From an archaeon (GTDB taxonomy: Archaea; Undinarchaeota; Undinarchaeia; Undinarchaeales; JBDRKL01), in NCBI GenBank assembly GCA_043814055.1, contig JBDRKL010000012.1:1-64000 (forward strand): a stretch of 64,000 bases of DNA, read 5' to 3'. The notes under the pieces were generated by a model. That model worked only from the letters and a program-made list of their open reading frames with translations, searched no databases and had not been told where the DNA came from. Shown here piece by piece: positions 51,677 to 61,715 of this stretch. Made by a program: the position numbers and the translations under genes. Within the stretch, counting starts at the first letter, position 1. The number at the start of each line of letters is the position of its first letter.

Positions 51677-52476
51677 GGATGGATTTGCATAGTGAGACAG
51701 CAAATGAGCAAAAACGGCTTGAGTACCTGAGAGGCATTCTTCAAAAACTTGAAAAATGCCAGGGATATTGGGAAAAAGTAGCAAGTGCTGTTGTAGATTC
51801 AAATAAATACAAAATTGGTGCATTTTTAAAAGAGAATAAAGAGCTGGGACGGGATGTCGAACAGATTATGATTACAGAGCTGAACGACGACCCTGGACTA
51901 AACAACGGTAATTACCTGTGGATGCTAAAGCTCACATATAAATTATATGAGGAGATTAATAGGATACTAGGGAAGGCGGACTCAGACGAGATTACTAATA
52001 TAGATGCAGATGCGAAAATTAAGAGTTTGTACCGCAGGACGAAGATGTTGCGGGTAAAGGAACTTCGAAAAATCAAGACACGCCCTGTGCCGGAATCTGC
52101 GCATGGAATGACATTAGAACTTTTGAAAGCACTCAACAAGGAAATTTCTAGAATCACTGAGGAAATAGAAAGGGAACAGAACAAGCTTGAAAAACTTGAG
52201 AATAGGCGGAAGAAGGCATCCTTGACGAAGAAAAGGAAACCCAAAACCCCTGAGAAACTCCACCCAAAAGGTATGGAGCTTGAGGATCTCCGCGCTCTTG
52301 TTTTGAAAAAATACCAGTGGTACATGAGGTATATGAACGACGAGCAGGAGTTCCCAAGCTTCACAGAAGATAGTATAAAGAATGCGGAAAAAAAGTATAC
52401 GTTGGTGGATATGAACAAGGAGATGGACTTCCTGCTTAAGCACAAGAGCAGGAAGGATTTTGAAGAGGAAGCGTAG
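51673..52476 (+). CDS. hypothetical charged helical protein
   Basis: 267-aa ORF overlapping the UbiD stop; coiled-coil-like; no recognised motif. Confidence 0.65.
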   Translation: MRMDLHSETANEQKRLEYLRGILQKLEKCQGYWEKVASAVVDSNKYKIGAFLKENKELGRDVEQIMITELNDDPGLNNGNYLWMLKLTYKLYEEINRILGKADSDEITNIDADAKIKSLYRRTKMLRVKELRKIKTRPVPESAHGMTLELLKALNKEISRITEEIEREQNKLEKLENRRKKASLTKKRKPKTPEKLHPKGMELEDLRALVLKKYQWYMRYMNDEQEFPSFTEDSIKNAEKKYTLVDMNKEMDFLLKHKSRKDFEEEA

Positions 52477-52477
52477 C

Positions 52478-53449
52478 ATGGCAGAAGGCAGTGGCTTTGG
52501 AAAAGTGATTTTGTTCAACGAGCACTTCGTTGTTTATGGAGTTCCAGCTATTGCGAGCGCGATTTCTAACAAGACTGTTGCAAAGGTTACTGAAGCTGAG
52601 AGCCTGAAGCCGAGTGGCAACGAGGGCTCAATGGTCGGGAACGGCTGGGTGCTTGAGGACAACAGGGATGCGAACGAGGGCTATAAAACCAAGAAGCTTG
52701 AGCACCAGAAAGAATCAATTGAGCTTGTCCTGAACGCTGCAGATTTTATTGCAGATGAAACTCCAATTAAGATTGAGCTCGGCGGGGACTTGAAAGCCGT
52801 GGGCGGAGTTGGGGCGAGCGCTGCGGTCTGCGTTTCAATCGCGCGGGCTTTGAGCAAGGAATTTGAACTGGGCTTTGATGATGATAAAATAAATGAGATT
52901 GCCTATGAAGGAGAAAAAGCATATGCTGGAACCCCTAGCGGGATTGACAACACTGCTTCAACTTATGGCGGGCTTCTGTGGTTTGTGAAGAATACTGAGG
53001 GCGGGGCTAACACAATGGATTTGATGGAGCTCAAGGAGCCTTTGGAAATTGTGATGGGAAATACTGGGATTACTACTGATACCAAAGCAGCGGTTGAGGG
53101 AGTTCGGGAAAGGAAAGAGGGGAATCCTGAGTATGAGAAAATATTTGCGCGGGCGCACGAGCTTGGGAAAGAAGCGCTCATCGCGTTGAATGATTTTAAT
53201 TTGGAGAAAGTTGGGGCGTTGATGAATGAGAATCACGGAATGCTTCAGAAGATTGGAGTTTCGCACGAGAAGCTTGACGAGCTCGTGGAAATTGCGCAGG
53301 AGAACGGAGCTCTTGGAGCGAAGATGACTGGCGGCGGAATGGGCGGATATATGCTTGCGCTTACTCCGGGCAAGGAACTGCAGGAGAAAGTTGCGAAGGC
53401 GATGGAAGACACGGGTTATGAAGCTTTGAGGACTAAGATTGGGGTTTAA
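52478..53449 (+). CDS. mvk: mevalonate kinase
   Basis: GKVILFNEHFVVYG, GGVGASAA, G.PSGID, GAKMTGGG.GG. Confidence 0.9.
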   Translation: MAEGSGFGKVILFNEHFVVYGVPAIASAISNKTVAKVTEAESLKPSGNEGSMVGNGWVLEDNRDANEGYKTKKLEHQKESIELVLNAADFIADETPIKIELGGDLKAVGGVGASAAVCVSIARALSKEFELGFDDDKINEIAYEGEKAYAGTPSGIDNTASTYGGLLWFVKNTEGGANTMDLMELKEPLEIVMGNTGITTDTKAAVEGVRERKEGNPEYEKIFARAHELGKEALIALNDFNLEKVGALMNENHGMLQKIGVSHEKLDELVEIAQENGALGAKMTGGGMGGYMLALTPGKELQEKVAKAMEDTGYEALRTKIGV

Positions 53450-54643
53450 ATGAACTTAACAAAAGACGAAGAGGCAATGCTCAATGGAGAGCATGGGAAC
53501 GCGAAGAAAAAGTCAATGGAAATTCTAGTTGCGCTGGGGAAGATTTTTGGAGCTGAGCGGTTGATTCCTGTAAAGAGTGTTCAAGTTGCAGGGGTTTCAT
53601 ATTCAAATTTAGGCGAGCCAGGCTTGGAGTACTTGTCCGAGCTTGCGAAGGATGGTAAGGTTGAAGTTTTGACTACGCTGAATCCAGCAGGGATGGATTT
53701 GAAGAACTGGGAAGAATTGGGGTTTGCGCCTGAGTTTGCTGAGAAGCAGAAGCGAGTTATTAATGCGTTCACTGCGATGGGGATTCAAGCGACTTGCACC
53801 TGCACTCCTTATTTGATTGGTAACAAGCCAAAGCTTGGCGAGCACATTGCGTGGAGTGAGTCGAGCGCGGTGACTTATGCGAACTCTATGCTTGGCGCGA
53901 GGACTAATCGGGAAGGTGGGCCGAGCGCTTTGGCTGCGGCGCTGACTGGGAAAACGCCTGAGTATGGTTTGCACTTGGATGAGAACAGGAAACCGCATAT
54001 TCATTTTAAGGTTGAAGTGAAATTGGAAAAGCTTTCGGACTATGGGGCTTTGGGCTATGCGATTGGACAGAAGTGCGAGAACAAGATTGCTTATATCAGC
54101 GGCGTGGAAAAGCCGAGTGTGGATGAGCTCAAGACACTCTGTGCTTCGATTGTAACTTACGGAGCTCAGCCGATTTTCCATATGGAAGGGGTTACACCTG
54201 AAACTACAAACTACGAACTACCAACTACAAACTACACAATCACAGAGGCAGACATCAAAGAAGCCTACGAGGCGTTGACTGATGAAGGAACTGATGTTGA
54301 CTTTGTAAGTATTGGTTGTCCGCACGCGAGCATTGAGGAGATTGAAAAAGTTGCAGAGCTGTTGGAAGGTAAACAGGTTAAGGTTGATACTTGGATTGCA
54401 ACTGCGCGGCCTATCAAAGTTGAAGCAGACAAGTTGGGCTTTTCAAAAACTATTGAAGATGCAGGAGCGAAGTTTTCGTGCGATACCTGTATGGCAGTAG
54501 CTCCGCTCAAGGGCAGGTTCAAAACTTGTGCGACTACGAGCGCGAAGGCGTGCTACTACGCGAGGAACAAGAACGCGATGAAGATGCGGATTGGAAGCTT
54601 GGAGCAATGCATTGATGCGGCGGTGAGTGGGGAATGGAGATGA
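53450..54643 (+). CDS. phosphomevalonate dehydratase large subunit (aconitase X)
   Basis: GVSY.N.G, TTLNP, TCTPY, AWSESSA, IGCPH, DTCM. Confidence 0.9.
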   Translation: MNLTKDEEAMLNGEHGNAKKKSMEILVALGKIFGAERLIPVKSVQVAGVSYSNLGEPGLEYLSELAKDGKVEVLTTLNPAGMDLKNWEELGFAPEFAEKQKRVINAFTAMGIQATCTCTPYLIGNKPKLGEHIAWSESSAVTYANSMLGARTNREGGPSALAAALTGKTPEYGLHLDENRKPHIHFKVEVKLEKLSDYGALGYAIGQKCENKIAYISGVEKPSVDELKTLCASIVTYGAQPIFHMEGVTPETTNYELPTTNYTITEADIKEAYEALTDEGTDVDFVSIGCPHASIEEIEKVAELLEGKQVKVDTWIATARPIKVEADKLGFSKTIEDAGAKFSCDTCMAVAPLKGRFKTCATTSAKACYYARNKNAMKMRIGSLEQCIDAAVSGEWR

Positions 54644-54930
54644 AAGAGCAGATAAAGAATTTCTTAATGCCGGATTTGAAGAGGGTTGTACTATTTTCCC
54701 TAATCAGTCTAGGCATGTATATTATAGCTTTTCATATTTTTAAGGGGTATTTAGCAACTTATGGCTACCCATTGCCATTCGGTTATGCTAAGACAGTGCC
54801 GGGAAGCATATTTGCAGGCCCATTGTATATAGCTTGGAGCATACCGAATATACTGGCGAATCTCTTGATTTATTACTTGATTGCGTGCCTATTTTCTTTT
54901 GCTTATGAGAATCTGCGAGGTTCAAAATGA
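54640..54930 (+). CDS. small membrane protein
   Basis: Two hydrophobic segments with a YGYPLPF loop; overlaps both neighbours. Confidence 0.6.
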   Translation: MKEQIKNFLMPDLKRVVLFSLISLGMYIIAFHIFKGYLATYGYPLPFGYAKTVPGSIFAGPLYIAWSIPNILANLLIYYLIACLFSFAYENLRGSK

Positions 54931-55310
54931 AAGGCAGAACAATAGTTAAAGGAATCGCAGAAGGCATTGCCCTGGTCAGCCAAGAGCCCATCTCATTCTA
55001 CGGCGGAGTTGACCCGGACACTGGAATTGTGGTTGAAAAAGGGCATGCCCTTGAAGGAAAAGAACTGACTGGGAAGATTCTCGTGTTCCCGCAGGGCAAA
55101 GGGAGCACAGTCGGGTCCTATGTTATTTACGCGCTGAAGAAAAATGGCAAGGCGCCTGCGGCGATTGTTTGCAGGGAAACCGAGACCATTGTCGCGGTCG
55201 GGGCGATTATCGCAGAGATTCCAATGGTGGATAAAGTAGATATATCAGGAATTAATAGTGGCGATAAGCTTAAAGTGGATGGAGACCAAGGGGAAGTAAT
55301 CATATTATGA
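54927..55310 (+). CDS. phosphomevalonate dehydratase small subunit (DUF126)
   Basis: ISFYGGVDP.TG, GKGSTVGSY, AP.AI. Confidence 0.92.
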   Translation: MKGRTIVKGIAEGIALVSQEPISFYGGVDPDTGIVVEKGHALEGKELTGKILVFPQGKGSTVGSYVIYALKKNGKAPAAIVCRETETIVAVGAIIAEIPMVDKVDISGINSGDKLKVDGDQGEVIIL

Positions 55311-56215
55311 TAAAAGCATCTGCACCTTCAAAATTAATGCTGTTTGGGGAGCACGCGCTACTCTACGGCGAGCCCGCGATAGCCACTGCGGTTGACAAGC
55401 GGGCGCACGTCACAGCCTGCGAACTTGAAAAGCCGCGGATTGTGATTGAGCGCAAGGAATCAGATGAGAGCATAGATATTTCTATCAAAGACAAGTCAGA
55501 CCACCCAATTGCAAAAGCTGTCCAGGCAACGTTGAAGCACCTTAACAAGAATGTCGGCATTGGAATTGAAATTGACAACGGCGTCACGGACAGCGCTGCC
55601 ATAATCAGCGCGACCACGGGCGCAGTGATGAAGCTTCTTACTGACAACTTGATAAAGCCCGAGGTGGCTGAGGTCTCGTATGAAACAGGAAAACTGCTGA
55701 ACAACGGAACGAATGGCATAGACAGCACTGTCACGACTTTTGGGGGCACTGTCATGTTTGAGAAGGGGCAGGGCAGGACTGTTCCAATTCATAATGACCT
55801 GAGCTTTGTCATAGGAGACACAGGAATAAGGAGCGACCCGAACGAGCTTATTGCAAAAATAAAGACAGTGGCGGAGGACCCAAAAGTTGCGCTCATGGTA
55901 TTCAGCATCGGCTCGCTTGTGCGGCGCGCGAATAACGCGCTCATAGCAGGGAACCCGCTTGAGATTGGCCGTCTGATGGATATGAACCACGTGTTTCTCA
56001 GGAATCTTGGCGTGAGCAACCAGTCGCTGGAAAACATAATTGAAGCGGCGAAGGAGACCGGCGCATTCGGAGCCAAGATAACAGGGACAGGCGGCGAGGG
56101 CACGGTAATTGCGCTCACAGACAAGCCAAACGAAGTTGCAAAGGCGATGAAAGAGGCGGGAGCAGTGAAAGCATTCTCAATAAAAAGCAACCAGGAGGGA
56201 GTGAGAATTGAATAA
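55307..56215 (+). CDS. second mevalonate-kinase-like GHMP protein with degenerate ATP loop
   Basis: K..LFGEHA..YG.PAIA, GID, GAKITG.GG.G present; PxGxGLGSS absent. Confidence 0.8.
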   Translation: MIKASAPSKLMLFGEHALLYGEPAIATAVDKRAHVTACELEKPRIVIERKESDESIDISIKDKSDHPIAKAVQATLKHLNKNVGIGIEIDNGVTDSAAIISATTGAVMKLLTDNLIKPEVAEVSYETGKLLNNGTNGIDSTVTTFGGTVMFEKGQGRTVPIHNDLSFVIGDTGIRSDPNELIAKIKTVAEDPKVALMVFSIGSLVRRANNALIAGNPLEIGRLMDMNHVFLRNLGVSNQSLENIIEAAKETGAFGAKITGTGGEGTVIALTDKPNEVAKAMKEAGAVKAFSIKSNQEGVRIE

Positions 56216-57002
56216 CGGAAAGGATTTAGTTTTCATAAAGCTGGGAGGTTCTGCAATAACTTTCAAGGACCAGCCAGGGAAGGCGAATTTTAAAGTGCTT
56301 GACAGGAGCGCGGCGGAGATTGCAGAAATTGCCATAGATTATAATTTATTGGTCGGCCACGGCGGAGGTTCGTTTCCGCACCCGGTCGCACAGGAGTACA
56401 AGGTGCAGGAGGGAATTAAGATATGCGGAACAAAAGGATTCGTGGAGACGCAGAATGCGGTGCGCAAGATTAACTCTCTCGTGGTGAAGAGTCTTGTGGA
56501 CAAGGGAGTTCCTGTTGTTCCTATACAAACCTCCGCGTGCGCTGTGATGTCAAAGGGCGAGATAACCGAGATGTATCTTGACCCGATAAAAGAGGCGTTA
56601 AAGAACAGGATGGTTCCTGTGCTAAATGGGGACGTGCTATTTGACCTGACAACAGGCTGCGGCATAGCTTCCACTGAGATGATATTTAATTACCTTGCGA
56701 AAAAGCTCGGGCCAAAGCGCATCATACTTGGGGCGAATGTTGACGGGGTTTACGCAGGCGGGGCTGATGGCGGCAAGCTCATAGCAAGAATAGACAAGAA
56801 CAACAAGCGGAAAATTATTGAAGAACTTAAAGAAGTTGAGCCAGCAGTCCCGGATGTTACTGGAAGCATGGCTCACAAGGTTGAAGAGCTTTATAATTTG
56901 AGCAAACTGGATATTGGAATACAAATAGTAAACATGCTGAAGGAGGGGTACCTGAAAAGGGCAGTGCAAGGCGAGCACCTGGGCACTATTATTCACGTGT
57001 AA
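56208..57002 (+). CDS. ipk: isopentenyl phosphate kinase
   Basis: KLGGSAIT.K, HGGGSF.H, PVL.GD, DVTG.M..K. Confidence 0.92.
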   Translation: MNNGKDLVFIKLGGSAITFKDQPGKANFKVLDRSAAEIAEIAIDYNLLVGHGGGSFPHPVAQEYKVQEGIKICGTKGFVETQNAVRKINSLVVKSLVDKGVPVVPIQTSACAVMSKGEITEMYLDPIKEALKNRMVPVLNGDVLFDLTTGCGIASTEMIFNYLAKKLGPKRIILGANVDGVYAGGADGGKLIARIDKNNKRKIIEELKEVEPAVPDVTGSMAHKVEELYNLSKLDIGIQIVNMLKEGYLKRAVQGEHLGTIIHV

Positions 57003-57003
57003 A

Positions 57004-58053
57004 ATGGCAAGCAAAACTGAGAACAGAAAACTGGACCACATCAACATATGCTCTGATGAGGGCGTTGAGGCGAAGGAGAAGAGCACAATGCTTGAGCTCG
57101 TGGACTTTGTGCACGAGGCGCTTCCTGAGATAAATATTGATGAAATTGATTTGTCAGTTGAGCTGTTCGGGAAAAAACTCAACGCGCCAATCATAATCAG
57201 CGCAATGACCGGCGGGCACGCAGTAGCTGAAAAAATAAACAAAAACCTCGCGAAGGCGGCGCAGAAGCTCGGGGTCGGGTTTGGGGTTGGCTCGCAGAGG
57301 GCGATGATTGAGGATGAAAAGCTCGCATACACTTACCAGGTGCGGGATGTTGCACCGGACATACTTGTGATTGGGAATATTGGCGCGCCACAGATTCGCG
57401 AATATGAAAAAGGCGAGGTGCAGAAAGCGGTTGAGGATATTGAAGCGGATGTTCTCGCAGTGCACTTGAACGCATTGCAGGAAGTGATACAGCCGGAGGG
57501 CGACACGGATTTCAAGGGATTCGCTGATGATATTGGAAAGCTTGTGAAGAAAATGAAAGTGCCGGTGATTGTAAAGGAAACCGGAGCTGGAATTTCAAAA
57601 GAGGCGGCTAAAGAGCTGATAGAAAAAGGAGTCGCAGGCATAGACACTGGCGGGGCAGGAGGAACTTCCTTCGCAGCGGTTGAATACAAGCGGACCAAGG
57701 GAAAGGACACGGGCTTGTGGGACTGGGGCATACCAACCGCAGCCTCAATACTTGAGGTCAGGAGCGTTTCAAAAGACATCCCGCTTATTGCAACAGGAGG
57801 AATACGGACAGGGATGAGTGTTGCAAAGACGATTGCGCTCGGCGCGGACGCGGCGGGAATTGGATTGCCTCTGCTCAACGCGGCAAGGGAAAGCTCGGAG
57901 AAAGTTGAGGAAGAGCTTGAAAAAATAATTGACAGCCTGAAAAAAGCCATGTTCCTGACAGGTTCTGCCAGCTTGGGAGAATTGAAGAAGAAAAAAATTG
58001 TCCTCAAAGGCGAACTATATAACTGGGCAGTGCAAAGGGGGCTGAATGGCTAA
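57004..58053 (+). CDS. fni: type 2 isopentenyl-diphosphate isomerase
   Basis: RK.DH, AMTGG, GSQR, HLN..QE..QPEGD, KETG.G, GGTSFA.VE. Confidence 0.95.
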   Translation: MASKTENRKLDHINICSDEGVEAKEKSTMLELVDFVHEALPEINIDEIDLSVELFGKKLNAPIIISAMTGGHAVAEKINKNLAKAAQKLGVGFGVGSQRAMIEDEKLAYTYQVRDVAPDILVIGNIGAPQIREYEKGEVQKAVEDIEADVLAVHLNALQEVIQPEGDTDFKGFADDIGKLVKKMKVPVIVKETGAGISKEAAKELIEKGVAGIDTGGAGGTSFAAVEYKRTKGKDTGLWDWGIPTAASILEVRSVSKDIPLIATGGIRTGMSVAKTIALGADAAGIGLPLLNAARESSEKVEEELEKIIDSLKKAMFLTGSASLGELKKKKIVLKGELYNWAVQRGLNG

Positions 58054-58936
58054 GAAAAAGGGCGTGGAGAAGATAGAGGTTACACTTGCGGAGAAGGCAA
58101 AAACGCTCATTGAGATAACCCGGCCGGTGAACTGCGGAATGATAGGAATTTCAGTTGCCATCGCAATGTGGGTTGGGTTTGGAGGAATGCCTCTGTTTGT
58201 CCTGCTGATTGCTGCGCTGGTGGCTGCGATAGGCATAAACGCCGCAGGGAACGCGCTTAATGATTATTATGACATTGATATTGACAGGATAAACAAACCG
58301 GGCAAGGCGCTTCCATCAGGGAAGATAACCAAGGTTGGGCTTTGGATTTATGCCACTTTGTTGTTCGCTATGGGAAATACGGTTGCGATGCTCTACTTGA
58401 CCAAAATCCCAATAATAATTGCAGTAATTAATTCTGTCCTCCTCATAGTCTATGCGATAAAAGTCAAGAAGTCAGGATTCCTGGGGAACATAATGATAAG
58501 CTACCTTGTTGCTTCTGTGTTTGCGTTCGCGGCCGCGGTTGTTGACGCGCTCATGATAGGAATATTCCTTTCAATAGCTGCGTTCTTCACGAATGCAGCA
58601 CGTGAAATTCTGAAGGACCTTGAGGATGTCAGGGGGGACGAGCTTGGCGGAGCGCAGACGCTTCCGCTAGCAGAGGGCGGCAAAAAGACCATGATAGTTG
58701 TTGCGTCATTCCTGATACTCGCGATAATATTGAGCCCGCTGCCATACCTGCTTGAAATACTTTCAATGTACTACATAGCAATAATACTCGTGGCTGACAC
58801 AATATTGCTCGGTGTGATATACTCAGTCCTGAATAAGCGGACAAGAAAAAGCGCCACGGTCAACCAGAGGCGCATAAAGTTCGCAGCGATAATAGGAATT
58901 CTCGCGTTCCTCGCGGGAACTGTTCCATGGCCATAA
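58046..58936 (+). CDS. digeranylgeranylglyceryl-phosphate synthase (UbiA family)
   Basis: RP.N, GN.LNDYYD..IDRINKP, REI.KD.ED..GD. Confidence 0.9.
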   Translation: MAKKKGVEKIEVTLAEKAKTLIEITRPVNCGMIGISVAIAMWVGFGGMPLFVLLIAALVAAIGINAAGNALNDYYDIDIDRINKPGKALPSGKITKVGLWIYATLLFAMGNTVAMLYLTKIPIIIAVINSVLLIVYAIKVKKSGFLGNIMISYLVASVFAFAAAVVDALMIGIFLSIAAFFTNAAREILKDLEDVRGDELGGAQTLPLAEGGKKTMIVVASFLILAIILSPLPYLLEILSMYYIAIILVADTILLGVIYSVLNKRTRKSATVNQRRIKFAAIIGILAFLAGTVPWP

Positions 58937-59958
58937 ATGAAACCTGCACCCCAAGGATTGTGATAGAAAACAACGCATTAGATGGGATTGGCGATATTGT
59001 TGAGGGGGGCAGGGCGCTCATAGTTGCTGACGAAACCACAATGAGGGTTGCAGGAGACCGGGTAAAAAAAGCGCTTGAGGAAAAGGGAATTGATGTTAGC
59101 GTTTATTTTGCAAAGATTTCTGATGAGAAAACTGTTTCCGAGGCAGTGGATGCTGTGAAAGAATCAGGCGCTGAGATTGTTCTGGGAATTGGGGGAGGAA
59201 CTTGCATAGACATTGCAAAACTTAGCTCGTTCAGGAATAACGTGCCGTTTATTTCAGTTCCGACATCTGCCGCGCACGATGGGATCTGCTCGCCAGTTGC
59301 CTCAATAAAGCAGGCAGACGGGCTGAAGTCATATCCGGCAAAGCCGCCGATTGCGGTTGTTGCTGATATTTTAATCATAAAAAATGCACCTGAGAAATTT
59401 TACGCTGCAGGTGTGGGGGATTTAATCGCGAATTTCACTGCCGTGGCTGACTGGGAATTGGCAAGAGATGAAAAGGGCGACGAGTTCAATGAGGAATCTG
59501 CCGAGCTTTCAAGGAAGAGCGCGCAGGCGATTTTGGAGGCAATTGATTCGGTTGCGGAGCGGAGTGATGAGGGAGTAAGAATTGTTATGGATGCTCTAAT
59601 CAAGTCAGGGGTTTCAATGTGCATGGCAGGCTCCAGCAGACCGTGCTCTGGGGCTGAGCACTTGTTCTCGCACAACTTGGACAAGATTGCAGGCTTTCCA
59701 GCACTGCACGGCGCCCAGTGCGGGGTCGGCGCGATATTGATGGCAAAACTGCACGGGCTTGACTGGGAAAAATACAAGGAAGTGCTTGAGAAGGTTGGGG
59801 CTCCGACCACTGCAAAAGAGCTTGGGGTGAGTGAGGGGCAAATCGTGCAGGCACTCGTTAGTGCACACATGCTCCGGGATAGGTACACAATACTACACAA
59901 GGCGCCGTTGAACGAAGAAAAAGCTAAAGAACTAGCAAAGATTACAGGTGTAATATGA
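58927..59958 (+). CDS. egsA: sn-glycerol-1-phosphate dehydrogenase
   Basis: GGG..ID.AK, PT.A.HDGI.S, SSRP.SG.EH.FSH, HG.Q.G. Confidence 0.93.
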   Translation: MAINETCTPRIVIENNALDGIGDIVEGGRALIVADETTMRVAGDRVKKALEEKGIDVSVYFAKISDEKTVSEAVDAVKESGAEIVLGIGGGTCIDIAKLSSFRNNVPFISVPTSAAHDGICSPVASIKQADGLKSYPAKPPIAVVADILIIKNAPEKFYAAGVGDLIANFTAVADWELARDEKGDEFNEESAELSRKSAQAILEAIDSVAERSDEGVRIVMDALIKSGVSMCMAGSSRPCSGAEHLFSHNLDKIAGFPALHGAQCGVGAILMAKLHGLDWEKYKEVLEKVGAPTTAKELGVSEGQIVQALVSAHMLRDRYTILHKAPLNEEKAKELAKITGVI

Positions 59959-60704
59959 AAGACGTAAGGAAGCACATATTTGACAAGCTCAAGAAAGAGA
60001 AACTTGTATTCACATTGCTAGACCCTGAAAAGCTTGACGCGAAAGAGGCCGGAAAGCTCGCGAAGAAGCTTGAGGACATTGGGTCTGATGCCATAATGCT
60101 CGGCGGCTCAACAACTGGCTCAATAGATGATGTTGCAAAGGCGGTTAAGGATGCAGTGAGCATTCCGATAATACTTTTCCCAAGCTCTGCGATGTCACTC
60201 TCAAAGCACGCGGATGCTGTGTTCTTCATGAGCCTGATAAACTCTGAGAAGATTGAATACCTGATGGGGGAGCAATTGAAGGGCTCACTAATGGTCAAGA
60301 ATTATGGCTTGGAACCGATAGGAATGGGCTACATCGTGATAAATACTGGTGAGCCAACAATGGTTGAGAAGGTTGCACAGATAAGGCGGCTCACGAACAA
60401 GGAAGCGGTATCGTGCGCGCTAGCCGCTGAGTACTTCGGGATGAAAGTGGTCTACCTTGAGGCAGGATCCGGGGCGCAGAGCCCTGTGCCAGACAGCATG
60501 ATAAGCGCTGTGAAAAAGGAGATTGGAGTGCCGCTCATAGTTGGCGGCGGAATAAACGGCCCGCTGATGGCCAAGAAGAAGCTTGAGGCAGGGGCTGACA
60601 TTATTGTAATAGGCACTGTGATAGAAAAGGCGTACGCAAAGGCCGCTGAGATAATTGACATTGTAAAAAAAATCCCGGTTGAAAAGAAAGGATTGAAAAA
60701 ATGA
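59955..60704 (+). CDS. geranylgeranylglyceryl-phosphate synthase
   Basis: LLDP.K, GGST, ILFP, YLEAGSGA, VGGGI. Confidence 0.93.
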   Translation: MKDVRKHIFDKLKKEKLVFTLLDPEKLDAKEAGKLAKKLEDIGSDAIMLGGSTTGSIDDVAKAVKDAVSIPIILFPSSAMSLSKHADAVFFMSLINSEKIEYLMGEQLKGSLMVKNYGLEPIGMGYIVINTGEPTMVEKVAQIRRLTNKEAVSCALAAEYFGMKVVYLEAGSGAQSPVPDSMISAVKKEIGVPLIVGGGINGPLMAKKKLEAGADIIVIGTVIEKAYAKAAEIIDIVKKIPVEKKGLKK

Positions 60705-60949
60705 GCTGGTTGTTCTCCTTAAGAATGAAACTGCACAGGGTTAAAAGGAGAAAGAAAACTATCCCAGACATTAAGGAAGAAATAGAGGAACTGAAATCAG
60801 GAATAGTCCATCTAAATGATCAGTACATGCAGCGAACCATAGAAGACCGGGAGTACGAGAGAAAAAAGCAGGATGCTCTGCATAAAATTCATCATCTTGA
60901 GGAGAGGATACTTGAGAAGAAGATGGAGAATATGGGCGAAAATATGTAA
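60701..60949 (+). CDS. small coiled-coil hypothetical protein
   Basis: Overlaps the GGGPS stop (ATGA-type junction) and fills the gap to dph6. Confidence 0.55.
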   Translation: MSWLFSLRMKLHRVKRRKKTIPDIKEEIEELKSGIVHLNDQYMQRTIEDREYERKKQDALHKIHHLEERILEKKMENMGENM

Positions 60950-60964
60950 ATTTTTGAGTAACAA

Positions 60965-61642
60965 ATGAAACTAGCAGTACTTTTTTCAGGGGGCAAGGAC
61001 AGTACAATGGCTTTGCACAAGGTTCTGAAGCAGGGGCACGACGTTACTCATTTGGTTTCTGCGTTTCCGAAGAACCCAGAGAGCATGCTTTACCACACTT
61101 CAAATATTGAGCTTACCAAGCTCGCGGCAGAAGCGATTGGAATTCCACTTTTGAAACTTGAGGTTGAAAGTTTGGAAGACACTGGGGAGGCGGCTGAGCT
61201 TGAGGAAGCTTTGGAGAAGCTGGATATTGAGGGAATTGTTGTTGGCGGAGTTAGCTCAAAATATCAGGCAAGGATTTTCAGTGCGATTGCAGACAAGCTT
61301 GGGATTGAGATGATTGCCCCGTACTGGGGAAAGCCGCACGAAGAATTGATTCGGGAGGCGATTGGAGCTGGGTATGATATCAGGATTACTTCTGTTTCTG
61401 CTGATGGGCTTGATGAGAATTGGCTTGGAAGGAAATTGGACTTGGAAACGCTTGAAGAGTTAAAGAAGCTTAAAGAAACGTATGGGGTTGATATTGGGGG
61501 CGAGGGCGGGGAGTACTGCACTGTGGTTGTTGCAGGGCCGATTTTCAAGAAGCGAATTAAGTTTTTGGAGTCTGAAAAGGTTTGGGAAGGGATGAGCGGG
61601 AAGCTTGTTGTGAAAAAGGCAGAGCTCGTGGCGAGCAAATAA
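60965..61642 (+). CDS. diphthine--ammonia ligase (Dph6 / PP-loop ATPase)
   Basis: LFSGGKDS, GEGGEY.T.V. Confidence 0.9.
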   Translation: MKLAVLFSGGKDSTMALHKVLKQGHDVTHLVSAFPKNPESMLYHTSNIELTKLAAEAIGIPLLKLEVESLEDTGEAAELEEALEKLDIEGIVVGGVSSKYQARIFSAIADKLGIEMIAPYWGKPHEELIREAIGAGYDIRITSVSADGLDENWLGRKLDLETLEELKKLKETYGVDIGGEGGEYCTVVVAGPIFKKRIKFLESEKVWEGMSGKLVVKKAELVASK

Positions 61643-61715
61643 TAATACACCGAGGCACGGGCGAGGAGAGCTTGGTTAAGGTTTATATAGCACTTTCAAT
61701 TAATGGCAATCGGGA

